NCBI RefSeq assembly: GCF_001194135.2
Contig: NC_068990.1
Coordinates: 86,971,895-87,035,894, forward strand
Length of the DNA: 64,000 bases
Direction: 5' to 3'
Source of the DNA: Octopus bimaculoides
Lineage: Eukaryota
A program made the position numbers and the translations under genes. Positions within the stretch are counted from its first letter, which is position 1. Every line of letters starts with the position of its first letter. Positions 12,028 through 24,497 of this stretch are shown here, one piece after another. A model generated the notes under the pieces. The model made no database searches and had not been told where the DNA came from. It saw nothing but the letters and a program-made list of their open reading frames with translations.

Positions 12028-13807
12028 TATATATATATATATATATATATCGTGGCACTCCGTCGGTTAGAATGATGCGGGTTCCAGTTGATCCGATAAT
12101 ATGTATGTATTACGCATATATCGTATTTATTGATCTCTCTTTTTCTCTCTCTTTCAATCTCTCTTTCTCTTTCCCCCTGTCTCACTCTGTCTCCTCCTTA
12201 GTTTACCCAACAGACTTCGATGACGAGGATGAATGCGCCTGGAACCCGTTCGTTGCATTCATCACCAAATCCTCTCCCATATTGTAGCTTTCAGGAAATT
12301 TCATATTATTAATTTCATTAGAGTCCTCCCACCACCCACGCTACGTTATGTTTTGCCCAAAATTCATAGAAAATCGCAAGTAATCAAAATTTAAAATTTA
12401 TTGTCTACTACGTATTCGTACACTTATTATGTTATTCTTCCGCGTATGCGCACACAGAGTCATAAATACATACACACACATAACACAAACACACATACAC
12501 ACATATATATACACATTCACACATATACACATACTCTTGTTCGTTAAAGAAATAATTACTTTGGTTTGTCACCACCAAACGTGATGTCAAGCCTCTGTTT
12601 CTGAAGTAGAATTTCTGGCCAATGAACGCCGAACATCTGTAACCAGGCTCTGTAGGTGCATTATATAAATTGATAGCCGCTTCTCGTAAATTATTCGTTC
12701 CGTCTGAAACGTTTGGAAATTTGCCAAATAGAGACACTTGGGTTCTCATCAAGGAAACCTTCTAGAACATTCTTCAATGAATAAAGTGACAACGACGTTT
12801 ATTAACCGAAGGACGCGAATTTTGTAGTGAATAGCTGTAAGACGTCATGTGAAGGGCGGGGAATTAAGAATGACACCCACTTAAGGTAACAAACGGTCTA
12901 TGATAGCAAATAGATGTTTATCTAATTCCTTTCAACGATTTAATGAGCCAATAGAGTTTGAATTGTTGAGTGTTGGTGAAGCACTGTAATATTCGCCATT
13001 CACTTCAGCACATTACATCGCTATTCACCCTTTAACGACTACTATTTATTGTTCGTCTTCGCTTTTAACGATTTTTCTGTCATTCATTACACTATCCCTT
13101 CAATACTTCTTAATCCTATTCCATCAACTTTTCTTTTCTCTAATGATTTCATTTAAGACAAATTCATTTGTTCGTTCGTAAAGGCAACGCTTATAACCGC
13201 TTGAGTGGTTCGACGTGAAGATTAAACTGCAGCTTATATCTTTACCTTTTATAGACTTCGGATAGTAAAGAAAATTCCAGAAGAATTTATTCACAAAATT
13301 CAACGCTTCTTTTTACACCTCTTCTCTTTATTATGCAGAGTTTTTGGCGTCCCCACTTCACCTTTCACTTATTCAAGTTCCTCTTTATGTCAGTTCGTTA
13401 AACGGATATTCACCTATTCATATATTTTCATTCTCATGCAATAACGCAGGTAGCCGCGCGGGTGTATAACGTACCGTTATGACAGACGATAGTTCGATTC
13501 TCGTCCACGGTGCTTTAGCCTGTCCATCAGTTATTCTCTGTGTAATAACACAAGCGAGCGGATATAGATATATAGATATATACATAAAAAAAACTTAATA
13601 TACTACTGTTGTTGTCGAATAATCCTTTAAAATTCAAGGTATTGAAAAACACAAATTCCAGGCAATTTCTGGGTTCTTTTAATCCTTCTGTATTTCTAGT
13701 TAGAGATCATACATTGTAAAATGTACAACTCGACATGCTTGTTTACTATCTAATCTGTAAAAATGTTTTTTTATGCGGAGCCCTCTTGCAGTAATGGAGG
13801 AATTATT

Positions 13808-13814
13808 ATTATTT

Positions 13815-13869
<55 letters not shown>

Positions 13870-13905
13870 GATTATTATTATTGTTGTTGTTGTTGTTGTT
13901 GTCGT
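13808..13905. repeat. (ATT)n/(GTT)n microsatellite
   Basis: Direct reading. Confidence 0.95.
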
Positions 13906-14064
13906 CGATAAGCCTTTCATCCTTTCGGGGTCGATAAAATAAGTACCAGTTGAACACTGGGGTCGACGTAATCGACTCATCCCCTACCGTCCGTGTGGCA
14001 AAATTTTGAAGTAATAATAATAATTATTATTATTGTTGTTGCTGTTGTTGTTGCTGTCATTATA

Positions 14065-14281
14065 GCAGCAAGCTGGTAGAATCGTTAGCACGCCGGGCGA
14101 AATGCCTAATGGTATTTCGACCGTCTTCGCGTTCTGAGTTCAAATTCCGCCGAGGTCGACTTTGCCTTTCATCCTTTCGGGGTTGATAAATAAAGTACCA
14201 GTCAAGTACTGGCGTCGATGTGATCGACTGTCTTCTCTTCCTCTCCCCGAAACTGCTGCCTTTGTGCCAAGAGTAGAAAAG
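14065..14281 (+). mobile_element. Full-length SINE family A
   Basis: GCAGCAAGCTGGTAGAATCGTTAGCACGCCGGGCG...GAGTTCAAATTCCGCCGAGGTCGACTTTGCCTTTCATCCTTTCGGGG...GTGCCAAGAGTAGAAAA. Confidence 0.85.
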
Positions 14282-14309
14282 ATTATTATTATTCGCTAGT
14301 ATTGTTTTA

Positions 14310-14660
14310 ATCGCGTACAGTTTAGTACAGCTCTATAGGCGTCCATCATGAGTTTTGCTTCTATTATATTTAAAGCAGTGAGCTGCATAATATGCGTTTT
14401 CGAGAGGGGGAGAGGGAAAGTGGGAATCTTAGTAGTCCTATTTTCTCATTTTTTCTCATGTTTTGACCATGTAGGAGCTTTCTCGGCATTATTTAACCAA
14501 GGTCTTTTTATAGTCCCATTTCCAATTTTATGTTTTATCCCTTCCTCAAAACTCCCTCTCCTTTCGGATCCTGTTTCATATTCTATGGCTTCTTGAAGAC
14601 AGAGGGCAGCTTTTTGCTTAATTTTGATCCGTGTCTTATTTCTACTAATTTTCATCATTT
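14310..14660 (-). mobile_element. Possible decayed Penelope-like GIY-YIG endonuclease remnant
   Basis: Frameshifted reverse-strand peptides IEYETGSERR..KHKIGNG..AEKAPTWSKHE followed by LTALNIIEAKLMMDAYRAVLN. These loosely match PLE GIY-YIG motifs YIGET.R..EH / AEH.W..H / L..EA..I.....LN, in the correct order. Confidence 0.4.
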
Positions 14661-17548
14661 ACTATAGCTATTTTTGCAATCCTTCAGGGGAAATAATATA
14701 TTCGCATAAAGCCCTGCCTTTCTGCGATCGTGCCGAATAGAATATTTGTGTAAGGTTTTCGTAGCAGATTTTCGAAATGCTTTATTATTTTTTCCCCCCA
14801 TTTTTCTGTTTAGCCATTCTAGTTCTTTTAGAGTCCAGTTAAGAATATTAACTTATTTCTTATTAAGATTTAGTACCAATTCCTATTACTGTTCATACAT
14901 TTAGCTCTTTAGTATAAATTTAATGCATCTATAGTGTTCCTAAGTTATTTTTCTTTCGTGCGCGACTTTCTAAATGATTAATACCCAAGTGTATGTGTAT
15001 GCGCGTGTGTTTTCCACTGTCCAAATGATTAATTCTCAGGTGTGTGTGTGTGAAGTTTGTGTTAGATGTAATTCTTATCCGTGTTTTCTTTTTCTCGTAT
15101 TGTTAATTAATTGTTGTTAATTAGTTTTTCTCTCTTCTTTCTCTTTGCTTTCTAGTCCAAATCTCATATGAATTTCCCAAGTAAGTCTTTGTACTGCCGT
15201 CTTTCATATACAAACAAAAGATGGTTGATTGTCTAACCATAACTTTTGTATATAAATCCTATCCTTTTTAACTTGGTGATTAAAGTTGTTAGAGCCAGAC
15301 GGAAAAGGAATGAAGAGTGAAAAATACTTCTTCTAAAGAAGATTCGGTTAGATCGTATAACCTCTCAGGTGTATCTACAGAATTGCTTTCAATTTACTTA
15401 TGACCTGCTTAAAGTATATGGTTCTCATTTAGTCATAGTTAACTCTTCCAGGATTCAACTGTGGGAAAAACTGTCAAAAACACTTCGTTTTCCTTTATTT
15501 TCCTCTTTCTTTTTTCTTTCACCTTCTATTTCCCACATGACTCTCTTTTTCAACCTCTAACTTTCGCCTTACAAAGACCTACTGTACATTCTCACTGTCC
15601 CCTGTCTCTTTGTCTGTCTATCTCTCTGTCTTTCTCATTGTCTCTCTCACACACACACATACGATATACTCTAAGAGAACTTCGGAAGTAGACAAATAAT
15701 TCCGGAAAAGATACAATTTTCCTCCAACATCATCTATATTTGATGGTTGATGGTTGATAAGCGTCAGGCTGAGTAATTTAAGGTTCTACGTTGTACAAAT
15801 TATTTCACTTTTTAACAAAATTATTAAATGAACAATGGTGACAAGGTTCAGAGAAAAATAAGAGTATTACTCTATCATTTAAGCTCATAATCTGTTTTAC
15901 TACTAATATTTATAACTAGAATTTGACTGTCTCAAGAAAAGAAAAGGACTAAATAAGGTCGAAACGTAAAAGATTAATTCATTGGCCTTATTCTGTAAGA
16001 GAATATCGTGATCATCTTAGAAATTTAATCGGACAGTTTGTGTGATTGTGTATAGACATTAAATGAGAGCATATGTGTATTCCCTGCTAATATCGCTGTT
16101 TAAGTTAATAATAATTTAGGCGTTGGGTGTTACAGAACGTTCATGCTGATCTATCTGTTGTCGAAAACACTTGATGTTGAATTTAACCTAACGTAGTTCA
16201 TGACAGCATCTCTTTGTAACTGTACCCGTCTGAACGATTGCCGGTTTTCGCAACTATTTTTATACGCTGCGAATTACTTAATCAAAGCTTGCGTGCTTTT
16301 CAATGAACATTCTCTCATTTGTTAGAATGACATCAGTCAAGGAATCTGATGTGAAGCTGTTGGATGTCACTGGCCAGGTTTTGCTAACTTCATTACTCAA
16401 TGTGAAACAGCCTGCTTATTGATTATGAAACTTTGTAATTGAAGTATGAATCCAAGTTCAAATTGCGTCAGAGACCTGCTCCATCTTCAACTGAAAGTGG
16501 AAATAGTAAAAGAAAAATACATGTATATATATTTTTCGACAAACTCACATAGTGTAGAATGATTATTCATAACACATGCGCAATTGAATTTCAAGAGGGA
16601 TTTGTGGGTGGTGAATGGACATAATGAACCAATAATACTAAAAGAAAATACGTCTCAATAGATGATAAAATGCACATTTTGAAGTATAATTTCACCTATT
16701 ATTATCAGGTTAATTAAAATAGATTTCTTGTTCCAAGTTGTAATTATGACTTCTAACAAAATGCAAAGTAATACAGAAAACAGCGATGAATAAAGTTTGT
16801 GTCAGTCAGAGGTATAAATCATAACGATGTTCTCAATCAAATATATGACTTTTACTAAAGCCATATATTAGTGTTCAAAGGGTATTATACTTTACCTGTC
16901 ATGGTATATGTATCACATAAATCACTGTTTACAGTAAAAGAATCTTCGGTCTTAAATTATATCTGTCTACTCTCTTTGAAGATTCCTCTTTGAACATTGT
17001 GCTAAATTGCGAAATGCACTGGAAATTAATTTTACTAAATACAACAAAACAAACATTGATAAATTATGTAATAACTTATTAAGCTTTGGGGTACGATTGA
17101 CTTTTCGCAGCCGAGAATAATTTTTTTTTTCTGCTTTATTTTTGCCTTTTTCTTTTTTTAATTTTTTTTTTACAATTTTCCTTTTATTTTCATTATAGGA
17201 AATATCGCTGCTGAATTTAACAACTTCTGTGTTTTTTCATTGTTTAAAGATTGTCTTTTTATCTTTTCTGTTTAGAATAACATTGCTGAATTTAATGACT
17301 CATGTGCAAAACTTTGAATCACCATTTGGTTTTGCAGTAAAAGTTATATTTGTGTGTGTGTTTGTGTGTGTGTGTGGGTGTGTGTGTGTGTGTGTGTGTG
17401 CAACCATATATCATTGGACCAAACAAATGTAATTCTCACAAAATTGTCAGTTTCGGTCTCATGCGATTTCGACAAATTTTTCTGGAGAAAGATATTTGGA
17501 AAAGCAAATCTGTTGTATACAGAAACATTTTACGGAATATACAATATA

Positions 17549-17823
17549 TTGGGCTGGTGCATAATTATTGCCGCTTTTTTTTTTTCCTCAACAAATTTCA
17601 TTCAACAATAATGATGACAATATTTAACAAAAACAACTTTAACCCTAACCCAACTTTAAATAATGATCTGACCGTCTGCCAAGCAAATGGGAAGCAATAA
17701 TTGAAGTAGATGGTGAATATGCTTTGGAATAATCATTTAAAGACGTTTTTGTTAAATATTGTTATTGTGTTTGTTGAATAAAATTTGTTGAAAAAAAGCC
17801 ACAATAATTATATACCAAACCAA
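17549..17823 (+). mobile_element. Mariner-derived MITE with long TIRs (cecropia/Hsmar1-like ends)
   Basis: TA|TTGGGCTGGTGCATAATTATTGCCGCTTTTTT...CAACAAATTT..ATTCAACAA is mirrored at the right end (TTGTTGAATAAAATTTGTTGAAAAAAAGCCACAATAATTATATACCAAACCAA|TA). The core encodes DRLPSKWEAIIEVDGEYALE* (mariner C-terminus). Confidence 0.85.
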
Positions 17824-17979
17824 TAGTATCTCCTTTGTTATTTTTTAATATAAAAGTACTTGCGGCCCCGGAGCGATGAAAAGTAAAACTGACTTCAGAA
17901 CGTAAATAGTAAGAAGACATATCACAAAGCATTTTTTTCCGACGTTGTAACGATTCCGCCAATCCCCTATTCAATTAAT

Positions 17980-18160
17980 GCCCGAAATTTTAGCACAAGG
18001 CCTGCACTTTTAAGGAGAAGGGTGCAGTCGATTACATTAACTCCAGTACTTGATTGGTTCTTTATTTTCTTGAACCCGAAGCGATGAAAGCCGAAGTTGA
18101 CCTCGACAGAATTTGAACTCAGAACGTAAAGACGGACGAAATACCACTAAATTGACCGCG
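17980..18160 (-). mobile_element. SINE family A, diverged copy (adjacent fragments 17865-17960)
   Basis: Colinear with family A: GTCGATTACAT..CTCCAGTACTTGA..CCCGAAGCGATGAAAGCCGAAGTTGACCTCG..GAATTTGAACTCAGAACGT. Confidence 0.75.
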
Positions 18161-18476
18161 GCAGGATTTGAATTCAAACGTAAAACGTCCAAAGATATGT
18201 CGCTGAGCATTTTCCCCGAAATGCTAAATACAGATTACGGTTTCATTTCCTGAAAATTGAATATGCTTTCGTCTTAATATTTCTAAAATATAAGAATGTA
18301 ATTAGAAATGAAATCGAAATATAATTATTGTTATATAGTTATGTCCATGATTATTATCTGAATAGAAAACGATGAGAGAAAATGGAAGATCACTCACACT
18401 TTGTTTTACAAGCTCCTCCTCCTTCATCTCTCTTTTCTTTATTCTCTAAGGTTGTACTTTTATTTCAGTTTGTTGC

Positions 18477-18527
<51 letters not shown>

Positions 18528-20833
18528 TTTTGCTACCCAGACTCACTCGCTATTTGAGGTGGAAGATCAGTGAAAGGAAAAGATGATAAAGCGAAGGAGA
18601 CAAGCAAAGAGAAAAATGTGACAGACTACATCTGTATTAGTTTGTAATGAAGAGGAGAGATCTTACAAGTATGTAAGATCAAACAAAACAATCCAAACAT
18701 TGATAAGATTCCCCCTCGGCTACATTGCTGATCTAAAGATTTATTAAGGAGTTAAGGGACTCGTTTATTTTATTTGCAATATATGTAAGTTATACATCTC
18801 TATCTCAGTATCTATGGGTGTTGTTTGCGTGTGGTGTGGCTAATCTGTCGACAGATGTAAATGGGTGCGTATGTATGGTTATGTATGGGGAGAGCATCTG
18901 CTAGCATGTACTTAGATCTTTGTGTGTGTGTGTGTGTGAGGACAGAGAAAAAGAGAGTGTAATCTGCTGAGAGATGTATGTAATTCTGTATGTGTGCGTA
19001 AGTATTTAACCACATCTCTCATTGTCTTTCTTTCTCCATTATCGATTCTCTATATCACCCTCCAGCTTCTCCTCCTTTAAGAACGCAATGGACACACGTT
19101 CTCAGCCTTTTTCTGTGGCACTTGTTTCATTCCTTATCTCGTAAACCCCCCACGCCACCATTTAGCCCCGCGGCTTTACGATTCGTTTCCGAGGACACAA
19201 ATTCACCGCAAATTATGTGCTGCTTCTACTTAATTTATCGATCCCGAAAGGATGAAAGGCAAAGTCGATCTCGGCGGTACTTATATATATTCTCTATCAC
19301 TGAGTTATACCTAGACCTTCGTTTTGACCGGAAAATATTAAACATTCAGCTTAACGTTTCAGATGCCTTTCTCAGCCGTTCAGTTTTTCATATATCTTGT
19401 CTTCTTCTTCAAACTAACCGTATAGTATTATATTTTCATAACTATTTGGCTTATTCCTCACAATTATCTCCGTTTAAAAGTTCATGTTCTCAACTTCAAC
19501 TAGGTTGTTGCTTTCTCCAATATATTCATTTGGAAAAGAACAATTCATTACTCATCTACACTCGGTTAAAAGACATTTTATTTTCATTCTGATCAACCCT
19601 GGGCCTCCAGTATTTCGTTGTGTGTACAAGTGGCCACACATTTGAATACAATGCTTTGTACTCTACCAATATCTTCCAAAACAATTTTATGAAGAAAGAT
19701 AATAATTAAGTAACAATATTAGCGAATTATCGTCGATCAAAATATTTAAGTTTGCTTCGGCCGCTTTTAACCGGAATATTAACTGAACAAACATATCCTT
19801 CTGAATGCATCCAAGTAAATGATTTGGAACAAAGAGGAAACCGAAAAGAGCTATCGAATACAAAATTTTACATTGTAATTGATATGGTAACGTTGCGTAA
19901 TTTTGAGAAATCTACTCATATTTTACACAAGCTAATTGCTTGTGAAATGGATGGGTAAATTTCGATAATAATTTTGGAAGTTGTACCTCCTTCGTGACTA
20001 TATCAATGTTAAGCATTGTTGAAAATGTTGTCAGCTTCATGACATTTACCATTCCACATTGGAAGGCAAAGCTATATACAAATAATAAAAACCTAGGTTC
20101 TATCCATATTAAGTGTACCGTTTTCCAGAGAGATTCCTTTTCTTTCTTACTTTCTTTCTTTCTTTCTTTCTTTCTTCCTTTTCTTGTTTTGTGTTATCAT
20201 TTATGTCATTATCAGTGACATTGAATGAAAATGGGATTGTCATAAACATGGTAAGAAGGCCTCGGAGGTTAACCACTTTCCATTTATAGGCGATTAAATG
20301 CTGTTTGCTCAATCAGAAAATCAAATTGATATCCTTGTAAAGCCTACATTTGTTGACTCTATAATCGAATGGAGGTTGGTGCCTCAAATTATTTAGTTTA
20401 AAACCCGCCGAGTCCATCTTTGTCTTTCACTTCTCTTGGGTCAGTAAAACTAAAATACGTGTCATGTAATGGCGTTGATCTAATTCACTGATTTTCCACC
20501 CACAAATTCCAGACCTTGTGTTTAAATGAAAAGCATTAAGGAAGATGGATTGGTAGAATCGATGTAACGTCGGATAAAAATGCATTTAGTACTTACTCCG
20601 AGTTTTTAACTTGTGAGTTCAATCCCAACACTCATCCTTTCACTCCTGGGGGAAATGTAATTGACTGGAGTCTATTGAGATTTGTTAACGTTGTCCGCTT
20701 TGTTACGGAATTGACCCCGAGCACTGGGAGAGACTGAGTTCCGTTTTGTGGATGTTGACTACTGTGCTTTGCAATAGTTTGCATCTCAACGAAAAGACAG
20801 ACGAAATACTGCTAAGCATTTCGCCTGGCGTAC

Positions 20834-21077
20834 TAAAGTTTCTTATTTCTTTATTGCCCACATGGGGCTAAACATAGAGGGGACAAACAAGGACAGACAA
20901 AGGGATTAAGACGATTACATCGATCCCCAGTGTGTAACTGGTACTTAATTTATCGACCCCAAAAGGATGAAAGGCAAAGTTGACCTCGGCGGAATTTGAA
21001 CTCAGAACGTAAAGACAGATGAAGTACTGATAAGCATTTCACCTGTCGTGCTAACGATTCTGCCAGCTCGCCGCCTT
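20834..21077 (-). mobile_element. SINE family A, variant with GGGCAATAAAGAAATA tail
   Basis: Same head and core as family A, but the tail reads (reverse strand) CCCTTTGTCTGTCCTTGTTTGTCCCCTCTATGTTTAGCCCCATGTGGGCAATAAAGAAATAA. The same tail is at 52305-52365. Confidence 0.85.
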
Positions 21078-21153
21078 TGCTATGAAAATATTCTTTTCTA
21101 CTCCAGACACAAGGCCCNNNNNNNNNNCTCGCCGCCTTAGCTATGAAAATATT

Positions 21154-21369
21154 CTTTTCTACTCCAGACACAAGGCCCGAAATTTGGGGGGAGAGGGCCA
21201 GTCGATTAGATCGACTCCAATACGCAGCTGGTACTTAATTTATCGACTCTGAAAGGGTGAAAGGTAAAGTCGACCTCGGCGGAATTTGAACTCAGAACGT
21301 AAAGCTGGATGAAATGCCGCTTAATGTGTTTGTCCGACGCGCTCATGACACTGCCAGTTCGCCACTGTA
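21154..21369 (-). mobile_element. SINE family A with 15-bp target-site duplication
   Basis: AGCTATGAAAATATT flanks both ends (21139-21153 and 21370-21384). Confidence 0.85.
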
Positions 21370-21877
21370 AGCTATGAAAATATTGATACAATGAAAAATC
21401 ATTGTTTCAGCTCAATTATTCGTAACAATATTGTTGAAATATCTGTATGTAAAATAACAAGAAGAAGCAAACATCATTGACTGAGCAAATCAGTGATGGT
21501 GGTTTGGTTGGGGGTGGGTGGAGGTGTAGGAGTAGGTTTGTGTTCGTGTTTAGGTTTGGGTTTGGGTTTGGGTATGGAGGAGAGAAAGTGGTGGTGGTGG
21601 GGAGGGAGAGAATGAAAAGAGAGAAAGATCCATCATTATTCTCTTGTGTTTTAATTGATGTCAGATGTACAATGTAGTATTTAGCTGTAACTAAACATTA
21701 CTGTTGGTATCGATAATCCACCGCATTTCGTGCAGTTTCCATCACCATACTACACCGCCGCCATAACATTGCAATCACCATATCACCACCACCGCCGCAA
21801 CCACAACCACCGCAAGTGCTTCGCCAACGTCAGAGCATCACCTAAGCCCACACCATACACGCCGACAACACATAAAC

Positions 21878-21913
<36 letters not shown>

Positions 21914-22228
21914 TGCCACCATCACCTCACTCTCTCCAAACTAGCGTCTTTATATGGAAATGATAATGACGACCACAACGATAATGATGACGATAATGAC
22001 AATAAAGTGGAGGAGGAGGAGGACAATGACTACAATGCGACAACGACGACGACGATGACGATCACAACAAGAACGATGACGAAGATGACAATAAAGATGA
22101 TGAAGTGGGGTGGGAGGACGACGACGACGACGACGACGACGATGTTGATGTAAGCTCTTTGCTTTCTTTTTGTGGAAACTAATTCTATTGTATTGAAAAT
22201 AATACTATTCTATTGTAACAATATTTAT

Positions 22229-22231
<3 letters not shown>

Positions 22232-22302
<71 letters not shown>
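22232..22302. repeat. (TA)n microsatellite
   Basis: Direct reading. Confidence 0.95.
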
Positions 22303-22309
<7 letters not shown>

Positions 22310-24107
22310 TATATACATACACACATAGACATACATATGTACATTGTATGTATATGACATTACCTACACGTACATGCATATGTGTGTATGAATGTGAGGG
22401 TGTATGTGTCTATATAATACTACAGATTGTGACACCTAAGCGTGTATGCGAGCGTGTGTATGTGTGTGAGAGAGATGGGGAGGGAAGGAGAGGGTGCATA
22501 GTTGTGCATAGGAATTTATGTTAGTATATGTATGTGTATGAATGTGCGCGCGTCTCTGTGTGTGTACGTGTATGTGTTCATTACTCTTGTTTCCCTCCCC
22601 ACCGCCCGCACTATTCTCATTTTGCGTTCATTTAGGATTCCTTTGCTTCTATTAGCTAAATATACCACTCTGTCTTCTTCACCTTCTCTCCGTCTCTCCT
22701 CTTCACATCATCAACCACCACCACCGGTTCATTTTCCCCTGTCATCGTCCTCCGCCCACCCCCCATCCCTCCTCCTCCTCCATCTCCTTTCTCCTGTGTA
22801 ATGAGCTGTCACTGTTANNNNNNNNNNNNNNNNNNNNNNNNNNNNNNNNNNNNNNNNNNNNNNNNNNNNNNNNNNNNNNNNNNNNNNNNNNNNNNNNNNN
22901 NNNNNNNNNNNNNNNNNNNNNNNNNNNNNNNNNNNNNNNNNNNNNNNNNNNNNNNNNNNNNNNNNNNNNNNNNNNNNNNNNNNNNNNNNNNNNNNNNNNN
23001 NNNNNNNNNNNNNNNNNNNNNNNNNNNNNNNNNNNNNNNNNNNNNNNNNNNNNNNNNNNNNNNNNNNNNNNNNNNNNNNNNNNNNNNNNNNNNNNNNNNN
23101 NNNNNNNNNNNNNNNNNNNNNNNNNNNNNNNNNNNNNNNNNNNNNNNNNNNNNNNNNNNNNNNNNNNNNNNNNNNNNNNNNNNNNNNNNNNNNNNNNNNN
23201 NNNNNNNNNNNNNNNNNNNNNNNNNNNNNNNNNNNNNNNNNNNNNNNNNNNNNNNNNNNNNNNNNNNNNNNNNNNNNNNNNNNNNNNNNNNNNNNNNNNN
23301 NNNNNNNNNNNNNNNNNNNNNNNNNNNNNNNNNNNNNNNNNNNNNNNNNNNNNNNNNNNNNNNNNNNNNNNNNNNNNNNNNNNNNNNNNNNNNNNNNNNN
23401 NNNNNNNNNNNNNNNNNNNNNNNNNNNNNNNNNNNNNNNNNNNNNNNNNNNNNNNNNNNNNNNNNNNNNNNNNNNNNNNNNNNNNNNNNNNNNNNNNNNN
23501 NNNNNNNNNNNNNNNNNNNNNNNNNNNNNTGGTGGTGGTGGTGGTGGTGGTGGTCGTGGTCGTGGTGGTGATGATAGTAGTAGTAGTAGTAGTAGTAGTC
23601 ATTGCTGTAGTATTCCACCCCGACTCTCATCCTTGTCAGCATTGAATGAGAAAATCTAAGAAAACCCAGGATCAGCTGACAAATGACAATTCTGGACCGT
23701 ATCACTGTAATCTCACGTTGCCACGCTCATTAACGCTTGCAAAATGAGTTGAGTGGAATACGTGCGCGACATGGTGATCTCATATCAAAATAAACAGCGC
23801 ATGTCCGTGCAGGTGGGCCCAGTTACGATTTTCTTCAAGTCGAGTAGCCCATCCCGCTCAAAAGGCCCTTGAATAAGGGTTGTTTAAAGATGTTGAACGA
23901 AACACTTACATCTCCAAAAGTGAATTTTTCAAACCCCAAAGAATTCCTCTCAACACATGGCTATGACGCTCCCCCACTACTTCTACTCATGATCAGAGAT
24001 GCACAAATCGTGAGCCACCAAGGGACATGCTCAACTGGTTAAGGTCAAACAACTGACAAGCAAATCAGTGGTACTGAATAGAATATTTGCTGTAGCCCAT
24101 CTTTTTA

Positions 24108-24147
<40 letters not shown>

Positions 24148-24280
24148 GAGTAGTTTTATTTTTATAGCCTGCTTTCACTTCACTACCGAGCGCAGCTCTC
24201 TGTGCCTTGGGTATGTGCTGTGATTATTATTATTATTATTATTATTATTATCATCATCATCATCATGGTAACTAGATATA

Positions 24281-24497
24281 AAGCGGTGAGCTGGAAGATT
24301 AGTTCACACGCCGGGTGAAATGTTAAGCAGCGTTTCGTTCGTTTTTACATTCTGAGTTCAAATTCCACCGAGGTCCACTTTACCTATCATCCTCCCTTTA
24401 GGGGTCGATGAAATAAGTACCAGTTGACCACTGGGGTCGAGTCATTCCATTAACCCTCACCCCGCACAAAATTTCAGTCCTTCTTCCTATTAAAAGA
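24281..24497 (+). mobile_element. SINE family A
   Basis: AAGCGGTGAGCTGG...GAGTTCAAATTCCACCGAGGTCCACTTTACCTATCATCC...GGGGTCGATGAAATAAGTACCAG. Confidence 0.8.

Noticed and set aside
17638-17653. TTAACCCTAACCC telomere-like motif
   Set aside because: Only about two units, inside a MITE.
21060-21180. About 50-bp direct repeat on both sides of a 10-N gap
   Set aside because: Overlapping contig ends; typical scaffolding artefact.
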